Shown: positions 53,043 through 62,584 of the stretch, piece after piece
Layout: the number at the start of each line of letters is the position of its first letter
Numbering within the stretch: position 1 is the stretch's first letter
Assembly: GCA_965217185.1 (NCBI GenBank)
Contig: OZ244252.1
Location: 2,496,001-2,560,000 of the forward strand
Length of the DNA: 64,000 nucleotides
Direction: 5' to 3'
Source: an uncultured Candidatus Entotheonella sp.
GTDB lineage: Bacteria > Tectomicrobia > Entotheonellia > Entotheonellales > Entotheonellaceae
Notes under the pieces: model-generated
Database searches by the model: none
What the model was told of the DNA's origin: nothing
The model's input: only the letters and a program-made list of their open reading frames with translations
Made by a program: the position numbers and the translations under genes

Positions 53043-53329
53043 TGCCGTGCTCCTTCATCAGAAAGGGATGGTCAACATTCCTTGGGCTGCCTCTTGGCGT
53101 CCCAACTACACCTTCCGGGTAGAGGCAATCTCTGTGCCAAAATCAAAACACCTCGGTTTTTCCGGTAGAACGCGAAGCGTCGCCATTGTTTGCTCAGGCG
53201 CAAGGTTGCAAGGCGTAACACCGTGCGACGTTGCCTGCGCCTGGAAGCAACGTCGCATCCGCGGCACCGGTCAGGCGCCGGCATCGATGTCCGGCGGGTT
53301 TTCGATGTCCACGTTGAGGACGCCATCGC

Positions 53330-53929
53330 GAACGTCCACCCGCACGGCGGCGCAGTTCGTCGGCGAGCAGGTCGACGATGCGTTCAATCTCGTCCAGGGT
53401 CAGGATTTTGAACAGCACTGTGTCGTCCACCCGGTTGAGAAACTCCGGGCGGAAGTGCTGCCGCAACTCCTGCATGACGGCCGTTCGCGCCGTTTCGTTG
53501 ATGTCGCCGGCGGCCGAAATGCCCTCCAGCAGGTGCTGCGAGCCGATGTTCGACGTCATGATGATTACCGTGTTCTTGAAGTCCACAGTGCGGCCGTGGG
53601 CGTCGGTGACGCGGCCGTCGTCGAGAATCTGCAGCAGCACGTTGAACACGTCGTGGTGCGCCTTCTCGATCTCGTCGAAGAGGATCACCGTGTAGGGCTT
53701 GCGCCGCACCGCCTCGGTGAGCTGGCCGCCCTCCTCGTAGCCGACGCACCCCGGCGGCGCGCCGATGAGGCGGGACACCGTGTGCCGCTCCATGTATTCG
53801 CTCATGTCGATGCGCACGATGTTGTCTTCGCTGTCGAACAGCGCCGCCGCCAAGGTCTTGGCGAGTTCCGTTTTGCCCACGCCGGTGAGGCCGAGAAAGA
53901 TGAACGAGCCGATCGGACGCCGCGGGTCC
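53330..53929 (-). pseudogene. clpB: ClpB second AAA domain fragment
   Basis: [48 protein letters not shown]. Confidence 0.85.
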
Positions 53930-54340
53930 TTAGAGCGGTTTTCGCGCGACTGTATGGGAAACCCACAGCAGGCAGAACAACCCCGAGTATCCGATGCCAC
54001 AATAGGCCAGGCATACGAACGCAAACCGCTCTAAGACGGCCCGGTGACAACATAGCTGTCATAGAGTGCCAGATGAACGCCGTTTCATTTAACGACCCGA
54101 TACTGTTGGCAAACCGCAAACGAGGGTGGTCGCTGGCACGTGACGCGGGGGTGCTCTTGCCGGCTGGGAGATCAAACAGGGAAGCACTGACGGTTGGCGA
54201 AAACGGTGCGGCGGGGCCTGTCTGTGTCTTTCAGAGACTGGACACGGTTGCGATATTCTGAATAAAACAGGTAATATGAAACACGAACCGCAGCCCCTCG
54301 TGGGCCAATCACGAACACATCGCAAACGACCGTATAAGAC

Positions 54341-54952
54341 ATGAACATCGGATATGCCCGCGTCTCCAAGGCCGGGGACGCACAGAACCTCGATCTCCAA
54401 TACGACGCCCTGACGGCCGACGGCGTGGCCAGGGAATTTATCTACGAGGACCGCGCCTCGGGCAAGAAAGACAGCCGACCCGGGCTTGACGCCTGTCTCA
54501 AGGCGCTACGCGAGGGCGACACGCTCGTCGTGTGGAAGCTCGATCGCCTCGGGCGCGACCTGCATCACCTCGTCAGCGTCGTGCAGGAGCTCACGGAGCG
54601 CGGGGTCGGCCTGCGTGTGCTGGCCGGCCAGGGTGCGCAGATCGACACGGCAACCCCGGCCGGCCGCCTCGTCTTCGGCATCTTCGCCGCCCTGGCGGAG
54701 TTTGAACGTGAACTGATCCGCGAGCGCACCGTCGCCGGACTGGAAGCCGCCCGCGCCAGAGGGAGAAGGGGTGGCCGCAAGTTTGCCCTCACCAAGGCCC
54801 AGGTTCGTCTCGCTCAGGCCGCCATGAAGAGTCGTGACACCTCGGTTGCCGAACTTGCCCAGGAACTCCACGTCAAACCCGTTACCCTCTACCGCTACGT
54901 CGGGCCGAAAGGCGAGTTACGCGAGAACGGAAAGCGCGTCCTCAACGCTTAG
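54341..54952 (+). CDS. serine resolvase
   Basis: GYARVSK...VVWKLDRLGR...AEFERELIRERT...TLYRYV. Confidence 0.92.
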   Translation: MNIGYARVSKAGDAQNLDLQYDALTADGVAREFIYEDRASGKKDSRPGLDACLKALREGDTLVVWKLDRLGRDLHHLVSVVQELTERGVGLRVLAGQGAQIDTATPAGRLVFGIFAALAEFERELIRERTVAGLEAARARGRRGGRKFALTKAQVRLAQAAMKSRDTSVAELAQELHVKPVTLYRYVGPKGELRENGKRVLNA

Positions 54953-55165
54953 GGCAGGGGCGTGCGGTTCGCCCGCGTTCATCATGGACTGGCATCCGGC
55001 TTGGGGTGTTGGCTTTCGACGGTGGTTTTGGGGATAGGGGGCACAGAGGGAAAGGGGTAGAATGATTGAGCCCAGTGACCGACCGGGCTCAACCGTACGG
55101 ACAGGAGAGGACATGGACCGCAAGGCACTCGGCGAAGATGAACGCTAACAGGAAAGGGCGATCCC

Positions 55166-55936
55166 ATGGCGCGCGTGACCATCGTTCCCGAAACCATCGA
55201 CTACCCGGACTCGGACGGGCTGCCCATGGCTGAGAGCGAATCGCAGTTCTGGCCGATCCTCTACGTCGGCTCCGCCCTGGACCGCTACTACCAGACGCGC
55301 GACGACGTGTACGTCGTCGGCAACCTGCTTCTGTATTACCAGGAGGGCGACCCTGGCAAATCGATATCGCCGGACCTCGTGGTGGTGCTGGGGGCATCGA
55401 AGCACATTCGTTCGTCCTACCGGTTGTGGGAGGAGCCGAAGGCGCCGGACTTCGTTCTGGAGATTGCTTCGGAGAGCACGCACCGGATCGACCGGGGTGA
55501 GAAGCGTGACCTCTATGCCGGCATGGGCGTTTCAGAGTACTGGCAGTACGACCCGGTGGGTAACTATCTCGAGCCGCCGTTGTTGGGCTTTCGGCTCGCC
55601 GAGGGTCGTTATCTGCCGATCTCCGCTATGGCACAGGAGGGCGGCATGTTGGCGCTGCGCAGCGAGGTGTTGGGGCTGGAGTTGCGGCTGACGTCGGGTG
55701 CGCCGGTTCGGGAGGCGCTACACTTTTATGATCCGGTGCACGGTGAGTATCTGCGGACTTACCGGGAAGAGGCGCAGGCGCGCCGGGAGGCCGAGGGGCA
55801 CCTGGAACAAGCTGAAGACCGCCTGGAGCAGACCGAAGGGCAGTTGCGAGAGACGCAAGACCGCCTGCGGGAAGAACAGTCGGCGCGCCAGGCGCTGGAG
55901 GCCGAGCTTCGGGAGCTGCGGCAGCGCGGGCGCTGA
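55166..55936 (+). CDS. Uma2-family endonuclease with coiled-coil tail
   Basis: YPDSDGLPMAES, SPDLVVV, PDFVLEIASEST, EYWQYDP. Confidence 0.88.
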   Translation: MARVTIVPETIDYPDSDGLPMAESESQFWPILYVGSALDRYYQTRDDVYVVGNLLLYYQEGDPGKSISPDLVVVLGASKHIRSSYRLWEEPKAPDFVLEIASESTHRIDRGEKRDLYAGMGVSEYWQYDPVGNYLEPPLLGFRLAEGRYLPISAMAQEGGMLALRSEVLGLELRLTSGAPVREALHFYDPVHGEYLRTYREEAQARREAEGHLEQAEDRLEQTEGQLRETQDRLREEQSARQALEAELRELRQRGR

Positions 55937-56099
55937 GGCGGCACGAGCGGAATTCCCACCCATGTTCCACTGCGTCGCCAGAAAGCGGCCATTTCCGCCG
56001 CGACTGTCCCACCGTTTCGGCCTGAAACCGGCGAAATCGCTCTTCCCGGTGGAGAGCTGGCCGCGACTGCCCTTTCGTCCAGCAACGACGCGGATCCAA

Positions 56100-56127
56100 A
56101 ATTTACAGAAAATCGTTTATCGGAAAT
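56100..56127 (-). other. dif-like Xer site
   Basis: ATTTCCGATAA acgatt TTCTGTAAATT. Confidence 0.72.
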
Positions 56128-56331
56128 TCATAGCTAAAGTGAATCCCGTTTGATACCAAGAGTTTTGGTAAGAGGCTCATCCGGTCGTGGCAAAACGCCC
56201 TCGCAGGAACTCCAACTCCAAAAAACTCGTGATCTCAAACGAAACGCACATTAGGTCAGTGCGACAGACTTTCTTCGTTCCACCAGAACTTGTCGACGAA
56301 CCCTTCAGCGTCACCGCTTCTCAATTCGTTT

Positions 56332-56522
56332 GGGCGTAGGTCTCAAATTGACCAGTTAGGCGGCCCGTCCGTGCGCCAATTTTGTAGATAAACCAACAAT
56401 ACTCCAGAGGAGTGCTGCCCATCACCCACCGTCCTACGTGACACTTTGTCACCTCGCGCATCAATCATGTCCCCAAGCCGTACCAAACCCCCTCAGAATC
56501 GCTCAATTTCGGACTTACACCC
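56332..56522 (-). mobile_element. 191-bp MITE, copy 4, inside a short ORF (about 56256-56739, minus strand)
   Basis: TSD ATTCGTTT. Confidence 0.95.
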
Positions 56523-56938
56523 ATTCGTTTGGCGAGAATAGATAGCCATTGGCGTATAGTTTGATGCGGCCGATTTGGAGGTCCAGGGCGAAGGTAGTAC
56601 CGACAGCCTGAAAAACGCCGACACATTCATACTCTGCAATGTCTGCATTGCTTTTGCCGTAGATAAAATCTCGGTCGAACAGCAATAGGTCATCATCACC
56701 AGGCAAATTGGGTAGACGGTGGTAGATGGCAAATACCATGTCATGTTCCTTTCATGCGCTCACTTTGCAAGGTCGGGCTGTCTTCCTCTCATTCCCTCGC
56801 AGCGTATTCCTTTGTCTGGCGTTCGTAGCGGTTGCATTGCTGAACCCGCTTGCGTTCACTGGAGGTCACGAAGTGCACCCGGCCACCTTGTCATGTTGGC
56901 TCCCGGCCAATCGCTCACCGTGAAGAAAGTGTGTTGTG

Positions 56939-57685
56939 ATGCGGACGATCCTACCGACGATAACAGGTTTTGGATTGTTTGTGCTCGCGTGGGGGCTGCA
57001 TCCATTCGGTTGGGAACCGGCGCCGCATCCTACGTGGAGCTGGATTCTGTGTGGGCTGGGGTTGTTGATCACCATAGGCTCCGTAGTGGAGGGAATGGAA
57101 GAGCCCCATCTCAACCGGCGTCAAAGACGGCCTGTCTACATCTACATGGGAGGTATGTGGCTAACCGCTGAACAGTTCGACCGTACTGCCCAAGGACTCG
57201 TGTGTATTGGCGGATTACTGATGATTGGACTGGGCTGGTACCTGGAGTTCGTATTATTGGCGCTGTCGTACATATTGGGTGGCGTCCTGTATCTGGCGAG
57301 TTTCGTACTCGTAGGTCTTGGCGCCCGGGGATTTGTCACCACGCGCCGCCGCGTTAAGGATGCTTTCTCCAACGAATGGCAGCGTCAGAGTGCAGGTCGT
57401 AACTCACGAGATGATGACGAGACTTTCTCTGATAAACAACGGCGACAGCAGCGCGAGGGCGACGCTGCCGGTTCGCGCCATGAGGCTTCTGCTTCGTTTG
57501 ATCCTTGGCATGTGCTAGAGATCGCGCGTGATGCGACTCGGGAAGAGATTCATAACGCATTCAGGGAACAAATGAAACGATACCACCCCGATAGGGTGTC
57601 CCATCTCGGCGAAGAATTGCGGGAAGTCGCCGAACGCAAGACGAAGGACATTAACCGAGCTTACCAGATGCTTAGCAGACGTTGA
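56939..57685 (+). CDS. membrane protein with C-terminal J-domain
   Basis: about 4 TM segments; DPWHVLEI...YHPDRV...KDINRAYQML. Confidence 0.8.
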   Translation: MRTILPTITGFGLFVLAWGLHPFGWEPAPHPTWSWILCGLGLLITIGSVVEGMEEPHLNRRQRRPVYIYMGGMWLTAEQFDRTAQGLVCIGGLLMIGLGWYLEFVLLALSYILGGVLYLASFVLVGLGARGFVTTRRRVKDAFSNEWQRQSAGRNSRDDDETFSDKQRRQQREGDAAGSRHEASASFDPWHVLEIARDATREEIHNAFREQMKRYHPDRVSHLGEELREVAERKTKDINRAYQMLSRR

Positions 57686-57694
57686 ACCACTTCC

Positions 57695-57732
57695 AGCCGC
57701 CCCTCCGGGGGATGCTCCGGAGGGGCTTTTTT
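57695..57732 (+). terminator. intrinsic terminator
   Basis: GCCCCTCCGG...CCGGAGGGGC followed by TTTTTT. Confidence 0.75.
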
Positions 57733-57740
57733 GCGTCCGA

Positions 57741-57768
57741 AGGCGACATAACCGCCCTTATCAGAACC
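57741..57768 (-). other. dif-like Xer site
   Basis: GGTTCTGATAA gggcgg TTATGTCGCCT. Confidence 0.65.
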
Positions 57769-57910
57769 AACGGGCAAGGGCTGCAACTCCTCATGCTATA
57801 GTGCGCTTGAGAGACCCTGACTGCCTTCGCGCGATACTATATAGTACCCCCTAAGTTGTGGAACCCCAGCTACGTAAGGAGAGCCTCCGCGATGATTCAA
57901 CGATTCTCGG

Positions 57911-59327
57911 TTGGAGGGTGCACCGGCCGCCTCTGTCACGTCCTTGGTACTCCTGGCTTTCTCCTTGGTGCTCCTGGCTTTCATTGCCCTGAGCCTGCCT
58001 GTACTTGCAGGTGCCCAGCAGACCTGCCAGCCCGATGGCGATGTCGACCAGAACGGAAGCGTGACCGCTGCGGATGCCCTGCTGGTATTTCAACAGGCAT
58101 TGAACCTGGCCAGTCTGAGTGTGTGCCAGCAGACCATCGCAGATGTGTCCCCCCAACCGGCCATGCCCGACGGCAACATCACTGCGGCGGACGCTCTGTG
58201 CATCTTCCAGAGGGCTCTCAGCTTGCCGTCCTGCTTCGACAGCGTGCCACCATCTAACCAGCTACCTGTCGCTAATGCGGGTCCGGACCGCTCCGTAGAT
58301 GCAGGCACGATGGTCATCTTGTCGGCCACGGCGAGTGACCCGGACGGCACGATTGACGGCTATGCGTGGGAGCAGATGGGTGGCACGACAATAATTCTGG
58401 CTGGTGCTGACACTGCTACCGCCATCTTCATCGCACCTGATGTGTCGGCGGATGAGACGCTTACCTTCCGCATCATCGTCACCGATGACGATGATGCGAC
58501 TAGTAGTGCGTCAATCTTTGATCACGGGATAGAGATGATGCAACTTGACCCGTTTCGTCAATTCGGTCCGTTCTTCTTCACTCAAACGGACCACATAGAG
58601 CTTCTTCACAATCATCCCTCCCAGCTTATGGCCAGCAGCTTACTGGGAGGCAACTTATCATGCCTGTGCATTACGTTGAACAGCTACTAGCAGTGACGAT
58701 GTAAAGGTGACGGTCACAGCCGGGATCGCTCCGGCCGATGAAGACACGTGTGTCGACGAGCTCGAGCAAGCCGTCGCTTTTACCTCTCTGGACGGCACAT
58801 ACAACACTGGCGTTCCTACACTATGGGATGGTACGCCGTTCATCGTCGACGTCTCGTCCACCTTCCCGAATGCGCATGAACTGCTTAACGTCGTAGAGGA
58901 AGAAGCAACGATAATCCACGCGGCCTTGGGCTATAAGATTGTCGTTGCCGGTGACGTGTTACCCCTTGCCAACCTCACAGATACTCAGCTCACCAATGCT
59001 CTGTCGGGCAGCCAACTGATTCCGCCAGACCAGCATATTGAAATCCGATGCTGCGATGATAACGCCGGGACCGCCTTTCCCTGGTGGCGCATGATTCTGT
59101 TGACGGTCGATGGTGAGATGCAGGCACGGCACAACATCGTCCACGAGCTGTATCATGTGTTGGGCTTTGTACATTCTGACGAGACGGAAGGCGTGACGAT
59201 GAGCTATCCACTCGACCTTGCGCTGGAGTTTCCACCAGATGAAGAAGGCAATATCATCGGTGACTGGTACTTCTACACGTTATCAACGCCGGACGACTTG
59301 GCGAAGCTGGCGTGCATCTATGACTGA
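57911..59327 (+). pseudogene. secreted dockerin-like + PKD + HExxH metallopeptidase protein, split by a MITE
   Basis: GDVDQNGSVTAADAL; PVANAGPD...SDPDG; HELYHVLG; in frame once the insert is removed. Confidence 0.75.
58504..58686. mobile_element. about 183-bp MITE inserted at CTAG
   Basis: CTAG on both sides; IR TAGTGCGTCAA / TAGCTGTTCAA. Confidence 0.75.
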
Positions 59328-59461
59328 GCAACCATTGCTTGCCATAACGTGCCAGTATATGGTCGGGTAAGTGTAGCGGCTTGAGATCATCGAAGCTTGG
59401 ACAAGATCATCGCGATTTCTGGCCCACATTAACTGAGTGATCATTGGACCAACTTTGGGCC

Positions 59462-60820
59462 ATACCCGAATTCGGCAAGCTCTTCAGCATTCCCGGGTCA
59501 CCGCCACCGAATGCCATTCAACAGACAGTAGCAGAAACGCCGCTTACTGAGCAGTTGCTCATCATCGAATCGGAAACCGGCTCCGGCAAAACGGAGAAGA
59601 CTGGTTAGGGCCTGTTGACATTCACATAGTTTCTCGGCTGTAATGGAAGGGAATACAACCCCAATCCATACCAGCCAAGAGGAGGTGGGCGCATGGTGCG
59701 AAGAATCCTCAGCGACTCGCAATGGGCGCGTGTGGCGCTGCTGTTACCCGGAAAGGACGGCGATCCTGGACGATCCGCAAGAGACAATCGGGAGTTCCTC
59801 GAAGCCGTTTTGTGGATTGCTCGTACCGGTTCGCCGTGGCGTGACTTGCCCGACGAGTTCGGGCTGTGGAACTCGGTCTTTCAACGCTTCCGCAGGTGGG
59901 CACTCAAAGGCGTCTTCGAGCGCGTTTTCAAGGTCTTGTCGGTCGATGCCGACTTCGAGTACGTGCTCATCGACGGCACCATCGTGCGCCTCCATCAACA
60001 CGGTGCCGGGGCAAAAGGGGGACCCAAAGCCAAGCCATCGGTCGCTCGCGAGGGGGGCCAAGCACGAAGATCAGCGTGATGGTCGACGCCCTGGGCAACT
60101 TGGTGGATTTTGTGCTGCTGCCGGGCCAGCGCCATGATTTGATCGGTGTTGCTGCCTTGCTTGATGGCGTCGAGTTCGAGGCGCTGATTGCAGACCGGGC
60201 CTACGACAGCAACGCCCTGCGCGACGAGTTGAAAGAGCGCGGTGCGACGGCGGTGATTCCCCCCAGATCGAATCGCGTCGATGAGATCGACTACGACCGG
60301 GAGATGTACAAGTGGCGTCATCTGGTGGAGAATTTCTTTTGTAACCTCAAGCAGTTCCGTCGTCTTGCGATGCGTTTTGAGAAGACGGATGTGAGCTACG
60401 CCGCGATGATACATGTGGTGAGTTCTCGCTTGGCACTTGCCTAAATGTCAACAGGCCCTAGTACATGCCAACTATCTCCTGGGCAACGAATTTGCCGAGC
60501 GAGGCAGCGCTCGTAGTGCCTATATCAAGCGCGACAAATCATTCTTCTCAGACAACCGGGAGGTGCTCTTCCCCACCGACGAAGAGAGGATACGCACGCG
60601 ACTGGGTGAAGACCGAATAGATGCCATCTTCAAACCCCAACCCATCAGCCCGTTTGAGACCGGGCGACTTATCGACAAGATGGCTAGATCGATACGTTGG
60701 CTGCAACAAAAACGGGAGGTGCCGGAGACCGTGGAAACAACGGCAAGCGGCGGCGGGTTCGACTTTAACGTGGGGGATCGGACATTCCGTTACGACCGGA
60801 AAGGACTACGCAGGGCTTAG
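59462..60820 (+). pseudogene. cas3: cas3 helicase start (Walker A) fused by deletion to the cas3 C-terminus, interrupted by IS5
   Basis: IPEFGKLF...PNAIQQ...LLIIESETGSGKTE; RIRTRLGEDRI...ISPF...FRYDRKGLR. Confidence 0.7.
59608..60458 (+). mobile_element. complete IS5-family (IS427-group) element with two overlapping ORFs (59693-60079 and about 60040-60444)
   Basis: IR GGGCCTGTTGACATT, TA duplication, AAAAGGGGG slippery site. Confidence 0.92.
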
Positions 60821-60889
60821 GGTAGGAAAAGTGGTGACGCTTTGGGTTTTCGCAATGGCTGCCGGCCTGTTAGGGGTATTCAAATTTCC

Positions 60890-61225
60890 TCAATCCGTTT
60901 CCGTTGCCGGCGTTTCGGGGGCTTGGCCGGCGCCCTGCTGAAGCAGGGTTTCCACCCGCGTCAGGCGCTCTCGGAGCTCCGAGAGGTCTTGGCGGATGGC
61001 CTTGAACTCCGTGTCTACGGTCTCGAATCCGCGCTGCATGTCCTGACGCAGCAGGCGCAGGTCTTCACGTAGGGGCGCGACCGTTAGCGACACGACGAGA
61101 GCAGTTCCAGCGATGATGACAGCGGCCAGCCCTGTCAGGGCGGTGAGGACCGGTGTCAGTTCCTTAAACATCGTCCATGCCGGTCTTGCCGGCTGCGTTG
61201 GCAGGGTCTGGTTTTCCACAGCCAT
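60890..61225 (-). CDS. small TM plus coiled-coil protein
   Basis: homologous to 24871-25260 (EFKAIRQDLSELRERLTRVETLLQQ). Confidence 0.7.
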   Translation of the reverse strand: MAVENQTLPTQPARPAWTMFKELTPVLTALTGLAAVIIAGTALVVSLTVAPLREDLRLLRQDMQRGFETVDTEFKAIRQDLSELRERLTRVETLLQQGAGQAPETPATETD

Positions 61226-61459
61226 GGGGATTTTCCTTCCTCTTTTGACATCATACGCAGGTTCATGCGTGAAACAAGTTAAGGTCCTGAAGGTGCAGGC
61301 AGGGTGGACCTTTACGTGGAGCCGTGGGGGAAGCTCGCAAATTGCGGCAGAATTCCTACCGCCTTCGCGCCGGCGAACTGCCGAATAGAGATGGCGATGA
61401 AATAGCTCGTCCGATATCCCAACTGCCATGCCTGTGAAAAGAGACCGTCCAATCCTCGA

Positions 61460-61755
61460 ATCGTCATTCCGGCGCATGGCCCTGCCCCGCACCTGATACG
61501 GGGTCCGGGGGTGACGTTCTTGCGCCGGAGTGACCGCTCTCGGGAGGCCTGTGTTTATGACTTGTTTGTGGTCTGTGGACCCTGCCCCGGCATGAACGGG
61601 GGGCCCCCACGGATTCCCGCCCGCTCGGTCGGAGGGCAGCCGCGTAACGTCACTTAGAGGGTGTTTGTGAATAGCGCCGCCTCCGGCATCCATTGACAGC
61701 CGGTGGATGCCCGCCCCCGATCGGAGTCGAGGGCAGGCTTTTCGTGGGAATTTCC
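61460..61755. repeat. cluster of REP-like hairpins
   Basis: GTCATTCCGGCG...CGCCGGAGTGAC and related palindromes. Confidence 0.55.
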
Positions 61756-61900
61756 ATGCCCTGAAGGCCACATAAGAGCCATGGGTAGTGGCTCACTTTC
61801 AAATTTCCTTCTCACACCAACGCTTCCCCCTCTCCCTAGTGGGAGAGGGCCGGGGTGAGGGGGACTGGGGTCTCCCCCTCTCCCTGGTGGGAGAGGGTCG

Positions 61901-62584
61901 TGTTCAGTTTCAGGAATTTTGCTCAGAGTTTATCACGATATCTGGCGGAAGTTTGGTCAGGTCGGGGTCAGTTAGTCAGGCTCGTGTTCAGGATATTTGG
62001 CGGAGTTAGTAAATCGGTTCAGGATGTCTGGGGGGATGTGTCGGTAGGTAGAGTAGCGGTGGCGAAATTGGCGCAGGAAGCGCCGGAGGCAGCTTTCGCT
62101 TGGGGCGGTGAGGGGTCGGTACCTGTGCTGCTGCCCTGGACTTGCGCTATGCGGACGGTACGGTTTCTTCCCCGAAGCGCCCGGCGATCCAGCCTTCGAT
62201 GCGCGAAAGGCGTTCTTTGATGCTCGTCAGGCCGGCTTCGATGCGCTCCATGCGCGCCTCGATGCGGTCCATGCGCGCCTCGATGCGGTCCATGCGAGCG
62301 CTCAGGTTGGCGTTCAAAGCGCTCAGGTTGGCGTTCAAGCTGCCGTACAAGCGCCATTGCAGACCCGCCAGCGCTACGCCGACGCCGATAATGGCCCAGA
62401 ATTCCGGGTTCACGGCCTCTCCTTGTTCTCTAACTGAAATCATTCGTTGCTACTCAGTATTGGCTTTGTGCAGGAAAGGGTCAAGAGCTTTCGAGTTGTG
62501 TCGTTGTGTGGGTGACAGGATATCTGGCGGAGTCAGGTTTTGCAGGATATCTGTCGTTTGCGACAGAATTCTTGGAACTAAACA
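61901..62584. mobile_element. non-autonomous TGT...ACA element with a 5-bp TSD
   Basis: IR TGTTCAGTTTCAGGAATTTTG / TGTTTAGTTCCAAGAATTCTG; TSD GGTCG; repeated CAGGATAT(C/T)TG(G) motifs. Confidence 0.88.
62147..62413 (-). CDS. small TM plus coiled-coil protein with 21-bp internal repeats
   Basis: FWAIIGVGVALAGL; LNANLSA x2, RM(D/E)RIEA x3; KERLSRIEG. Confidence 0.7.
   Translation of the reverse strand: MNPEFWAIIGVGVALAGLQWRLYGSLNANLSALNANLSARMDRIEARMDRIEARMERIEAGLTSIKERLSRIEGWIAGRFGEETVPSA

Noticed and set aside
59337..59365. Possible ninth dif-like site after the peptidase gene, 6 bp from a TGT end
   Set aside because: The XerD-like arm is plausible (TTATGGCAAGC) but the XerC arm is too degenerate to call.
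61243..61273. dif-like arms TGATGTCAAAA / TTCACGCATGA
   Set aside because: It would need a 9-bp spacer.
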